Assembly (NCBI GenBank): GCA_045542035.1
Contig: JAZQKG010000037.1
Span: 66-64,065, forward strand
Reading direction: 5' to 3'
Length of the DNA stretch: 64,000 bases
Origin: Eubacteriales bacterium
GTDB lineage: Bacteria; Bacillota; Clostridia; Oscillospirales; CAG-272
In this document: piece after piece, positions 50,357 to 57,917 of the stretch
Position numbering within the stretch: position 1 is the first letter of the stretch
Layout: each line of letters starts with the position of its first letter
Translations under genes and position numbers: made by a program
The notes under the pieces: model-generated
What the model was told of the DNA's origin: nothing
What the model saw: only the letters and a program-made list of their open reading frames with translations
Database searches by the model: none

Positions 50357-51796
50357 TCACACTTGCTCTGTAACTGCGTTATCGTTTTTTCTTCTTTCTT
50401 CAAGTTCAGCAGTCATCTGTGCAACCTTTTTCTTATTAAGATTATAGATGAATGCAATCGAAACGAACATAACTATAGCGCTAAATGTATAAAGCGAAGC
50501 AACAAGCCATTTCATATTTTCAGCAACATAGAACGGTTGATTCGCCTCACGCGCACCGTCATAACCAAGCGCGCCCATGATTAAAACTACAGCGGACGGA
50601 CCCAGACCCTGAGCCAATTTTCTAAAGAAGGAATGAAGGGAATATACCGTGCCTTCCTCCTTAGTTCCGTTTTTCCACTCATTATAATCAATCGCGTCAG
50701 CCATAAGCGCCCACGATACACAAGTGTAAAATCCAAGACCAAGTCCAAAGAACACCTGCGCCACAACATATCCTACAAGACCTGCCATTCCGTTACCGAG
50801 AGGAAGGAAGAGAAGCAATGCGCCAAACACACTTACCGCAGCTCCAACGGCGCATGCCTCTTTTTTGCCGAATCTATCGACAATTTTCTTAATAAAAGGC
50901 ATAAACAGAAACATGGGGAGATATCCGATAAGCATTACAATACCGGATATTTTCGCATTTCCAAAATATGACTGGAAAAGAACCGCCGTAGCGGCAGAGG
51001 AACCCTGCATACCTATAAACATAGCCATTGCAGCAAGAGTAGCACCAACCGCTGCCGGATTGGTTACAAAATTCTTCATAGCTACAAAGACATTAAACCT
51101 TTGGGTTTTATCAGAAATCTTAACCTCGCTCTCTTCTACGCGAATAGTGGTGGTTTTAAGCATAACCATAAAGCAAACAAGACCTATAGCGCCCATTATA
51201 AGAGCAACAACGAATACCGTGTTACCTTTAAGAGTGTTGCTTGCATCATAGCAAAGGATTGGAAGAAGAACCATGGGCAATATATTTCCAACCATAGAAC
51301 CGATAGATCTCCACGTGGAAAGCTGAGAACGCTCAGAACCGTCAGTTGTTATTACAGACATCATTGATCCGTAAGGAACGTTTGCAATAGTGTAGAATGC
51401 ATCCCAAAGTATGTATCCAAGAACGAACATCACGCATCTTATCCATTTCGCCGCATTGGGAATCGGCAGGAAGAAGAAAAGTCCCGAGAACAAAAGTCCA
51501 ACAGCTCCAACAAAAATATACGTCTTAAATTTTCCGTGCTTATATTTTCTTTTATCAAGATCGAACAAAGAGCCAAGCAACGGATCGTTGACAGCGTCCC
51601 AAATCTGAACTACCAACAAAAGAGTAGCGTAGAGCGTTTCGCCAAGCGCCATAAACTGAGTCCAGAACACGAACATAATAGAGCTTTTTAAAGCAAAACT
51701 CATATTGCATCCAAGGTCACCCATTGCGTAAGAGAATTTATCTCTCATTCCAAACTCGCGTTTGCCGTTTTTATCAAGTTGTATCTCCCTTTTCAT
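50357..51796 (-). CDS. Glycoside-pentoside-hexuronide (GPH):cation symporter family transporter
   Basis: FSYAMGDLG ... DAVNDPLLGSLFD motif typical of MelB/GPH carriers. Operon with the GH2 gene. Confidence 0.85.
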   Translation of the reverse strand: MKREIQLDKNGKREFGMRDKFSYAMGDLGCNMSFALKSSIMFVFWTQFMALGETLYATLLLVVQIWDAVNDPLLGSLFDLDKRKYKHGKFKTYIFVGAVGLLFSGLFFFLPIPNAAKWIRCVMFVLGYILWDAFYTIANVPYGSMMSVITTDGSERSQLSTWRSIGSMVGNILPMVLLPILCYDASNTLKGNTVFVVALIMGAIGLVCFMVMLKTTTIRVEESEVKISDKTQRFNVFVAMKNFVTNPAAVGATLAAMAMFIGMQGSSAATAVLFQSYFGNAKISGIVMLIGYLPMFLFMPFIKKIVDRFGKKEACAVGAAVSVFGALLLFLPLGNGMAGLVGYVVAQVFFGLGLGFYTCVSWALMADAIDYNEWKNGTKEEGTVYSLHSFFRKLAQGLGPSAVVLIMGALGYDGAREANQPFYVAENMKWLVASLYTFSAIVMFVSIAFIYNLNKKKVAQMTAELEERRKNDNAVTEQV

Positions 51797-52093
51797 CTTT
51801 TATCCTCTTTTCTCTATTTTACCCATAACAAAAGAAAAAATACAAAAGCGATAAAAAATACTCGATAAGTTAGAGCAATATTTTATGCAATTTCTCTAAT
51901 GTTACGAAGCATAACTAAGTTAATTATAGACAAAATTTGTAAAAATGTCAACTTTTAAACAGCATTGTTTACATTTTATACATATTCACTTTATTATAAT
52001 AAATTTGATTAAAAAAACAATTGACAAATGAATCGCAGTGCGATATAATATTATCAAATATATTTCGCACTGCGATATATAAGGAGGCATTAC

Positions 52094-52408
52094 GTGGACG
52101 CTCATACAAGGAAAGTATACGTTCCAATGACCGAAACTGGATTTTACATTTTATACTGTCTGCAAACAGAAAATCACGGTTATGGAATAGTCCAATCTGT
52201 TCAGCAGCTAACGGACGGTGAGCTTCGGTTAGCGCCGGGAACAATGTACGGAAGTCTTTCCAAAATGGAAAAGGATGGTCTTATACGTTTTGTAAAGGAA
52301 TCAGATAAAAGAAAAATATATCTTATAACAGAACTCGGCAGGGAAATATTAGCTTTAGAGCTTAAGCGAATCAAACGGCTGTATAATTCAATCGAGGGAG
52401 ATTTATAA
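52094..52408 (+). CDS. PadR-family transcriptional regulator
   Basis: FYILYCLQTENHGYGIVQSVQQLTDGELRLAPGTMYGSLSKMEKDGLI is a PadR winged helix. GTG start with AAGGAGG 6 nt upstream. Confidence 0.85.
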   Translation: MDAHTRKVYVPMTETGFYILYCLQTENHGYGIVQSVQQLTDGELRLAPGTMYGSLSKMEKDGLIRFVKESDKRKIYLITELGREILALELKRIKRLYNSIEGDL

Positions 52409-52608
52409 AAAATAACCGCCTGCCGACAAGTGAATTATAGGTTGCGATGTAATAAACTGATAGAAAATTAAAAATTCGAAAGTCATAAAGCGCCTAAATC
52501 TACAAAATTATTTTTTACAAAACAACGTTTTCGGTGAAACGTGTTGTTTAATTTTCCTTTCTCGTTTGATATAATAAAGGCACAACAAACCGAAAAAGGA
52601 GAAACAAA

Positions 52609-52962
52609 ATGAACACAGATAAAATTTACGCAGAATCAATAGCAAAGGAGTACGCTCCCAAGGACAACTCCAAGATCGTTGCGCTTCGCAAACTTGACAA
52701 AAAAGCAAAAATGCCGGCAAACATCTTTGCTTACACATTTGGCATCATTTCCTCACTTGTTGCAGGTACGGGAATGTGCTTATCTATGCAGGTCATCGGG
52801 GGCACGCTTCCTCTTACTGTTCTCGGAATTATCAGCGGTATTATAGGCTTTACCTGCACGGGTATCAACTATCCTATTTATAAGAAAATACTTGAAAACG
52901 GCAAGAAAAAATATGCTTATGAGATTGTGGAGCTCGCAAGAGAGATTAGCGAAGGAAAATAA
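52609..52962 (+). CDS. Small two-TM membrane protein, function unknown
   Basis: 117-aa ORF with GGAG RBS and two hydrophobic segments. Confidence 0.55.
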   Translation: MNTDKIYAESIAKEYAPKDNSKIVALRKLDKKAKMPANIFAYTFGIISSLVAGTGMCLSMQVIGGTLPLTVLGIISGIIGFTCTGINYPIYKKILENGKKKYAYEIVELAREISEGK

Positions 52963-52982
52963 TTTTTCACGGAGGGCATCTG

Positions 52983-53579
52983 ATGAACAAAAACAAAAGT
53001 AAATATTTCAATACGGCAATCAGAATGGACGAAGCCCTCATTACGTTACTTGAGAAGAAGGACTTTGAATATATCACTATCAAGGAAATTTGTGAAGTAG
53101 CAGGGGTGAACCGTTCTACCTTTTACCTTCACTATGAAAACACATCAGATTTATTGAAGGAAACCACTCGGTATATCCTCGATAAGCATTTTGCGTCTTA
53201 TTCCGCCGATACAAAAAACATCTCACTTCGCTTTGAAAATTGCGAACAAAAGGATTTGGTATTCATAACTGCCGATTATCTCATTCCTTATCTGACATTT
53301 ATCAAAGAGAATCAACGTATTTTCAAGGTGACTATCAAGCAATTCAGTTCTATGAATATGGATGAGGTGTATGGCAAAATGTTCAAACATATCTTTGAGC
53401 CCATTCTTCTGCGCTTCCGAATTCCCGAAAGGGAACGCGCCTACGTGATTAAATTCTATCTAACGGGCGTGTTTTCTATTGTGATGGAATGGCTTGACAA
53501 TGATTGTGCTGACAGTATGGACACCATTATCAAAATCATCACCAATTGCGTGTTGGGTGAGGGGCATATCAATGGATAA
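52983..53579 (+). CDS. TetR-family transcriptional regulator
   Basis: ITIKEICEVAGVNRSTFYLHY is a TetR HTH. Confidence 0.85.
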   Translation: MNKNKSKYFNTAIRMDEALITLLEKKDFEYITIKEICEVAGVNRSTFYLHYENTSDLLKETTRYILDKHFASYSADTKNISLRFENCEQKDLVFITADYLIPYLTFIKENQRIFKVTIKQFSSMNMDEVYGKMFKHIFEPILLRFRIPERERAYVIKFYLTGVFSIVMEWLDNDCADSMDTIIKIITNCVLGEGHING

Positions 53580-54144
53580 AACACTCAAATTCGCTCTTTA
53601 CAGTTTAGCTTTCGATATCGCATTTAGCGTTTACTATTATGTCTTTGGACTCGTAACGAAATCGTGGTGGCTATTAACGCTTGGCTCATATTATTTAATT
53701 TTGAGCGCAGTACGCTTTTTCGTCATTCAAATCAAGGAAAATGAACGCTTTGTCACAAAATTCACAGGCTGGATGCTAATGTTTTTATCTGCGCCACTTA
53801 CCATAACGGTTATTTTATCGATTGTCCGTGATAGAGGATACAAACTACATATGATCGTAATGATAGCGATGGCAGTTTATGCCTTTACAAAGATCACGCT
53901 TGCGACTATCAATCTTGTAAAATCTCGGCGCAGTACATCCGCAAAACTGATAACATTGCGGAATATATCTTTTGCAGATGCATTCGTATCCATTTTTGCC
54001 TTGCAGCGCTCAATGCTCGTATCCTTCGAGGGAATGACTGAAAGCGAAATACAAATTATGAACGCTATGCTTGGCTCTGCAGTATGTGTGATAGTCTTTT
54101 TGCTCGGACTAAATCTTGCTAGAGTAAAAATTAATACGCAGTAA
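53572..54144 (+). CDS. Multi-pass membrane protein, function unknown
   Basis: Hydrophobic protein of about 190 aa. The ATG at 53572 overlaps the TetR gene stop by 8 nt. Confidence 0.55.
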   Translation: MDKTLKFALYSLAFDIAFSVYYYVFGLVTKSWWLLTLGSYYLILSAVRFFVIQIKENERFVTKFTGWMLMFLSAPLTITVILSIVRDRGYKLHMIVMIAMAVYAFTKITLATINLVKSRRSTSAKLITLRNISFADAFVSIFALQRSMLVSFEGMTESEIQIMNAMLGSAVCVIVFLLGLNLARVKINTQ

Positions 54145-54294
54145 GTCTTGCTTTGCAAGCCTTTGTGCTGCGCACTTTCGCGATAATCGCGGCTGCGCTC
54201 CTTGAATCAAGGCGTAAAAATGCCCTTGCAAGCAAGCATTTTTACTTGCGATATAATAAATTCATCGAAAATCCAGAATTTGTTGGAGAGAATT

Positions 54295-55071
54295 ATGGAC
54301 AATATTCTGATAAAAATACTTGTGTGCTTTATTGCGGGAGCAGGAGCAGGCATTGGAACGGGATTCGCCGGTATGAGCGCCGCAGCTGTTGTAGGTCCCA
54401 TGCTAATAACCTTTTTGGGGATACCTGCCTACGATGCAGTCGGAATTGGACTTGTCAGCGACGTTTTAGCAAGCCTCGTAAGCGCATATACCTATAAAAA
54501 AAGCGGCAACTTAGATATTAAAAATAGCTTGCCTTTGCTTGTAAGCGTTCTTATCGTAACAATGATCGGAAGCTTCGTGGCAAGCTTCCTTCCCGAGCAA
54601 GCCATGAGCGGCACTATGCAAATAGCGCTGATCATAATTGGATTACGCTTTCTTTTAAAGCCCGTCAACAAAACAAAAGAGCAATTAGCGGCGATTTCGC
54701 CAAAAAGCAGATTGATCAAGGCAATCATCGGTGGAATATTCGTTGGATTTATATGTGGCTTTGCAGGCGCGGGCGGTGGAATGATGCTTCTGCTTGTTCT
54801 GACCGCATTCCTCGGTTATCCCATGCATTTGGCGGTTGGTACAAGCGTGTTTATTATGGCATTTACAGCTCTCACGGGCGGTATCAGCCATTTTATAATT
54901 GGGGGAGTTCCTGACATTCTCTGCCTTGCGCTGTGCGTTGCATTTACGCTGCTTTGGGCAAGAATTGCCGCGAAAATCGCCAACAAAGCTAACGCAAAAA
55001 CCTTAAACCGCGTGGTCGGCATTGTTATGATCGTTACGAGTATTGTTATATTGGCGGTAAATTATCTTTAA
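54295..55071 (+). CDS. TauE/SafE-family (sulfite exporter-like) membrane protein
   Basis: 258 aa, 7-8 TM segments with repeated G-rich helices (AGAGAGIGTGFAGMSAA ... FAGAGGGMMLL). GGAGAG RBS before the ATG at 54295. Confidence 0.75.
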   Translation: MDNILIKILVCFIAGAGAGIGTGFAGMSAAAVVGPMLITFLGIPAYDAVGIGLVSDVLASLVSAYTYKKSGNLDIKNSLPLLVSVLIVTMIGSFVASFLPEQAMSGTMQIALIIIGLRFLLKPVNKTKEQLAAISPKSRLIKAIIGGIFVGFICGFAGAGGGMMLLLVLTAFLGYPMHLAVGTSVFIMAFTALTGGISHFIIGGVPDILCLALCVAFTLLWARIAAKIANKANAKTLNRVVGIVMIVTSIVILAVNYL

Positions 55072-55135
55072 CATTAGCGCACAAATTACAATTTGCCGAT
55101 ATGATATACGATAACAACCGAAAGGAATATTTACG

Positions 55136-55525
55136 TTGAAAAAGATAAAAAAACTGATACCAATGATAATATCCGCGCTGCTCCTAACATCCTGCACCTC
55201 TCCGGGAAGCACCCCGGGATACCGTTCTATAACGATGGACGAAGCAGTCATCATGATGAGAGACGAAAAGAATTATATAATTCTTGACGTGCGCAGACCC
55301 GATGAATATGCCGAAGGACACATACCGGGAGCAATAAACGTTCCTAATGAAACGATAGGCACGGGTGAGATTGCGGAGCTTCCCGACAAGGCGCAATTAA
55401 TACTCGTTTACTGCAGAAGCGGGAGACGAAGCAAAGAAGCCTCCGAAAAGCTCGTCAAGCTTGGATACACGAACATCGTTGAGTTTGGCGGTATCCTTGA
55501 CTGGAAAGGCGAGATAGAAAAGTAA
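55136..55525 (+). CDS. Rhodanese-domain sulfurtransferase lipoprotein
   Basis: Lipobox LLTSC. Rhodanese signature ILDVRRPDEYAEGHIPGAINVP and active-site loop YCRSGRRS. TTG start. Confidence 0.85.
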   Translation: MKKIKKLIPMIISALLLTSCTSPGSTPGYRSITMDEAVIMMRDEKNYIILDVRRPDEYAEGHIPGAINVPNETIGTGEIAELPDKAQLILVYCRSGRRSKEASEKLVKLGYTNIVEFGGILDWKGEIEK

Positions 55526-55536
55526 GGAAGAACACT

Positions 55537-55686
55537 ATGAAAGACGAATGCTTAATCTGCGGCGCGCCGCTGAAATATTCAGAGCAGGACGTGCTGATGG
55601 AGTGCGCCATCTGCCACAAAAAAGAAAACAGCAAGACCGCTTGTGAAAACGGTCATTACATATGTAACGAATGCCATACGCAATGA
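55537..55686 (+). CDS. 49-aa zinc-ribbon peptide (CxxC...CxxC...CxxC), ending at a TGA that abuts the next ATG in the same frame
   Basis: MKDECLICGAPLKYSEQDVLMECAICHKKENSKTACENGHYICNECHTQ, then TGA at 55684-55686. It is below the ORF-track length cutoff and was read from the sequence. Confidence 0.55.
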   Translation: MKDECLICGAPLKYSEQDVLMECAICHKKENSKTACENGHYICNECHTQ

Positions 55687-56217
55687 ATGGACAGTATCTT
55701 GGGAGTATGCCTTTCGGAGAAATCCAAAGACCCTGTCGCTATCATCAAAAAGCTGATGGCGCTTCCGTTTTGTCATATGCACGGACCGGAGCATCACGTG
55801 CTGGTGGGATCTGCGCTTCTTACCGCTTACAAAAACGCGGGCGGTGATATTGACCTACCTAAAGCGCTTTCGGAAATGCAAGCGCGCGGAAAGAAAGTGC
55901 CGGGCGGCGCGTGCGGATTCTGGGGAGCGTGCGGCGCGGGTATAAGCGCAGGAATGTTCGTGTCTATTGTGACAGGCTCGACTCCACTCGCGAATGAAGC
56001 GTGGGGACTCTCTAACAAAATGACGTCAAACGCCCTCGGCGCAATCGGAGAGGTTGGAGGCCCCCGTTGCTGTAAGCGTGACTCCTACATTTCTATCATC
56101 AAAGCCGTGGAGTTTGCAAAGGAGCACCTCAGCGTTGAAATGTCGCTTGATAAAATCAAGTGTGTGCATTCGACACAGAATAATCAATGTATAGGTATGA
56201 GGTGTCCGTTCAAATGA
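55687..56217 (+). CDS. Conserved Cys-rich protein of unknown function
   Basis: 176 aa with HMHGPEHH, GGACGFWGACGAG and GGPRCCKRDS motifs. It is in frame with the preceding Zn-ribbon ORF. Confidence 0.7.
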   Translation: MDSILGVCLSEKSKDPVAIIKKLMALPFCHMHGPEHHVLVGSALLTAYKNAGGDIDLPKALSEMQARGKKVPGGACGFWGACGAGISAGMFVSIVTGSTPLANEAWGLSNKMTSNALGAIGEVGGPRCCKRDSYISIIKAVEFAKEHLSVEMSLDKIKCVHSTQNNQCIGMRCPFK

Positions 56218-56594
56218 AAAAGAAGATAGCCTTTATTTGCATACATAATTCTTGCCGCAGTCAGATAGCTGAGGCTCTCGGAAAGCATCTGCGAGGTGAT
56301 GAGTTCGACTTTTATTCGGCTGGAACTGAAACCAAACCGCAGATCAATCAGGATGCGGTACGGCTTATGAAGGAGCTTTACGGCATCGACATGGAGCTGA
56401 CTCAGCACAGTAAAACGATTGACAAGATACCGTCTCCCGATGTTGCTATCTCAATGGGATGCGATGTTGGATGTCCCTTTATCGGCAGAGCCTTTGATGA
56501 CGATTGGGGTTTGTCCGATCCCACGGGAAAGAGCGATGCAGAATTTTTTGAGGTGATTAAGGAAATAGAGTCGAACATAAAAAGTATACGATAA
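56214..56594 (+). CDS. arsC: LMW-PTP family arsenate reductase / phosphatase
   Basis: CX5R(S) loop CIHNSCRS at the N-terminus, with later Cys residues in MGCDVGCP. ATGA overlap with the upstream gene. Confidence 0.75.
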   Translation: MKKKIAFICIHNSCRSQIAEALGKHLRGDEFDFYSAGTETKPQINQDAVRLMKELYGIDMELTQHSKTIDKIPSPDVAISMGCDVGCPFIGRAFDDDWGLSDPTGKSDAEFFEVIKEIESNIKSIR

Positions 56595-56848
56595 ATTCCA
56601 ATTTGTAGGGCAGGCTTGGAAGAGGGGTATGCTGCTCGGGGCAAGGTTCATCAAAACCGTTCCGCTTCGTTATAAATTTAAGCCGACATCTCCTCGCGAC
56701 GCAGATACCGCAAATACTCTGTTCCTCGAGGTTTGCTCAGTGCCTGCGGTATGCGAACTCCCCGTGCCTTTTGGGCAAACGGTTTTCAAGGCGTAATACA
56801 CTGTCGGATTTTAGAAGAAATTAACGGAAGATAACGGAACATAAAAGA

Positions 56849-56887
56849 GGCTGAAAACCCAGTAAAATCAAGGGTTTTCAGCCTTTT
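56849..56887. terminator. Strong 12-bp hairpin, usable as a terminator in either direction
   Basis: ggctgaaaaccc / gggttttcagcc followed by tttt. On the minus strand it is followed by tcttttat. Confidence 0.6.
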
Positions 56888-57179
56888 CTCTTCCTCAAAA
56901 ACCGCTTTTCCCAGACGCACCAAAGGTCTTCGCATCCAACACAATATCCAACAAAATTTTTAGATATTGCGTTAGATATATCACCTCGTCTTGCGACTTT
57001 GGCTAGCCACATTTTGCCCATTTTGAGCATCACAAACCAGCTCCACCACTCTCTCGGGTGTTCATTGTAGCATACCTTACCCAAATTTTCAATAGCTTTC
57101 GCAACTCTATTTTACGATGAAAAATCACCATGCCTAAATCAATGAATAGTGTCTTCAAAAGCATTCAAATTTGAATTAC

Positions 57180-57271
57180 TTGCACCTTTTGAGGTGTTTT
57201 TGAGAGACTTATTTGCACCTTTAAGCACTTTCTGGCGATAGTTATTTGCACCTTTTAAGGATTTTGCACCT
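57180..57271 (+). repeat. Four direct copies of TTGCACCT (longer form TTATTTGCACCTTT(T)AAG), start-to-start spacing 33, 33 and 18 bp
   Basis: Copies at 57180-57187, 57213-57220, 57246-57253 and 57264-57271. Copies 2 and 3 share 17-18 nt. Confidence 0.8.
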
Positions 57272-57363
57272 AAATAGACCACCAATACTGGTTAAAAATT
57301 ATACCGCCTTAAACAAAGATAGACTTGTCAAGATATAATTTACCTTAGCGCCAAACATAAGTC

Positions 57364-57392
57364 TTGACTTCCTGCGATTTTAGAGATATAAT
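57364..57392 (+). promoter_or_regulatory. Near-consensus sigma-A promoter with no downstream CDS
   Basis: TTGACT (57364-57369), a 17-nt spacer, then TATAAT (57387-57392). Confidence 0.55.
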
Positions 57393-57398
57393 AGTATT

Positions 57399-57476
57399 GG
57401 AAGCACCGATGACGGTTGCTCCCTTCTGAGACGAATAACCGCCTGCAGCTGGAAACTTGAGGCGGTTATTTTTTTA
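57399..57476 (+). ncRNA. Candidate small RNA of about 78 nt (promoter-to-terminator unit)
   Basis: It starts about 7 nt after the -10 box. It ends in an 11-bp hairpin aataaccgcct / aggcggttatt (57434-57470) plus a T7 run. The only ORF inside encodes 6 aa. Confidence 0.3.
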
Positions 57477-57492
57477 AAATAGCAAACAATTA

Positions 57493-57529
57493 TTTTTTCG
57501 GCACTAAACGCGATTTGCTGCCGAAAAAA
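57493..57529. terminator. Bidirectional terminator-like hairpin
   Basis: ttttttcggca / tgccgaaaaaa, an 11-bp stem with a 15-nt loop. Confidence 0.5.
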
Positions 57530-57579
57530 TAAAAGAGTTTCAGCCAATAAAAGATAATTGAATTTTGCCGTTTCGAGTA

Positions 57580-57670
57580 AAAAAGTGTATACTTTTATCT
57601 ACGAAATATTACAAAAAGTCAAATACTACGTTTAAACGTGGTACGTTAGAAAAAGTGTATAGTTTTTCTA
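57580..57670 (+). repeat. Two direct repeats of about 21 nt, AAAAAGTGTATA(C/G)TTTT(A/T)TCTA, 70 bp apart
   Basis: Copies at 57580-57601 and 57650-57670. The palindrome acgtttaaacgt lies between them. Confidence 0.7.
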
Positions 57671-57737
57671 ACAAAATGATACCAATCAACGTAGCATAGA
57701 AAACACAAGATTAGTTAAAAAATGAAGACCGTTCGTT

Positions 57738-57767
57738 CTCCGAAGTTTTGCAGCTTCGGAGTTTTTT
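57738..57767 (+). terminator. Rho-independent terminator
   Basis: ctccgaag / cttcggag stem followed by tttttt. Confidence 0.65.
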
Positions 57768-57862
57768 ATTTTAGGACACCTTGTCCTCATCAAACATCAA
57801 AATTTGCATCGCTGTAATCGAAAAAAGAATGCGGATAAGTTCTCCAAAAATCGACAAAAAGA

Positions 57863-57891
57863 TTGATTTTACAACATAAATATGGTATAAT
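57863..57891 (+). promoter_or_regulatory. Promoter of the Zn-ribbon/DUF4145-like gene
   Basis: TTGATT, a 17-nt spacer, then TATAAT with an extended -10 TGg (57883-57891). Confidence 0.6.
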
Positions 57892-57917
57892 CATAAAAAA
57901 ACGAAGGAAACGTTAAG

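Noticed and set aside
52529-52560. A parS-like sequence, gtgaaacgtgttgttt, upstream of the small membrane protein gene.
   Set aside because: The half-sites are in the wrong arrangement for parS. It is better read as an imperfect hairpin or operator (aaacaacgttt ... aaacgtgttgttt) for the neighbouring PadR or TetR regulators.
55684-55740. Selenocysteine recoding of the in-frame TGA, with the downstream hairpin acting as a SECIS element.
   Set aside because: The apical loop (UUUC) lacks the exposed G/U typical of bacterial SECIS elements. As far as I can recall, the TGA aligns with a non-conserved linker rather than a Cys in homologues. TGA followed directly by ATG fits a split or coupled gene better. 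It cannot be excluded without the genome's sel genes.
56878-57084. A 68-aa minus-strand ORF, considered as a possible integrase C-terminal fragment.
   Set aside because: No R-H-R-Y region or other recombinase motif is visible, Trp and Cys content is odd, and there is no RBS. It is treated as junction debris, not as a gene.
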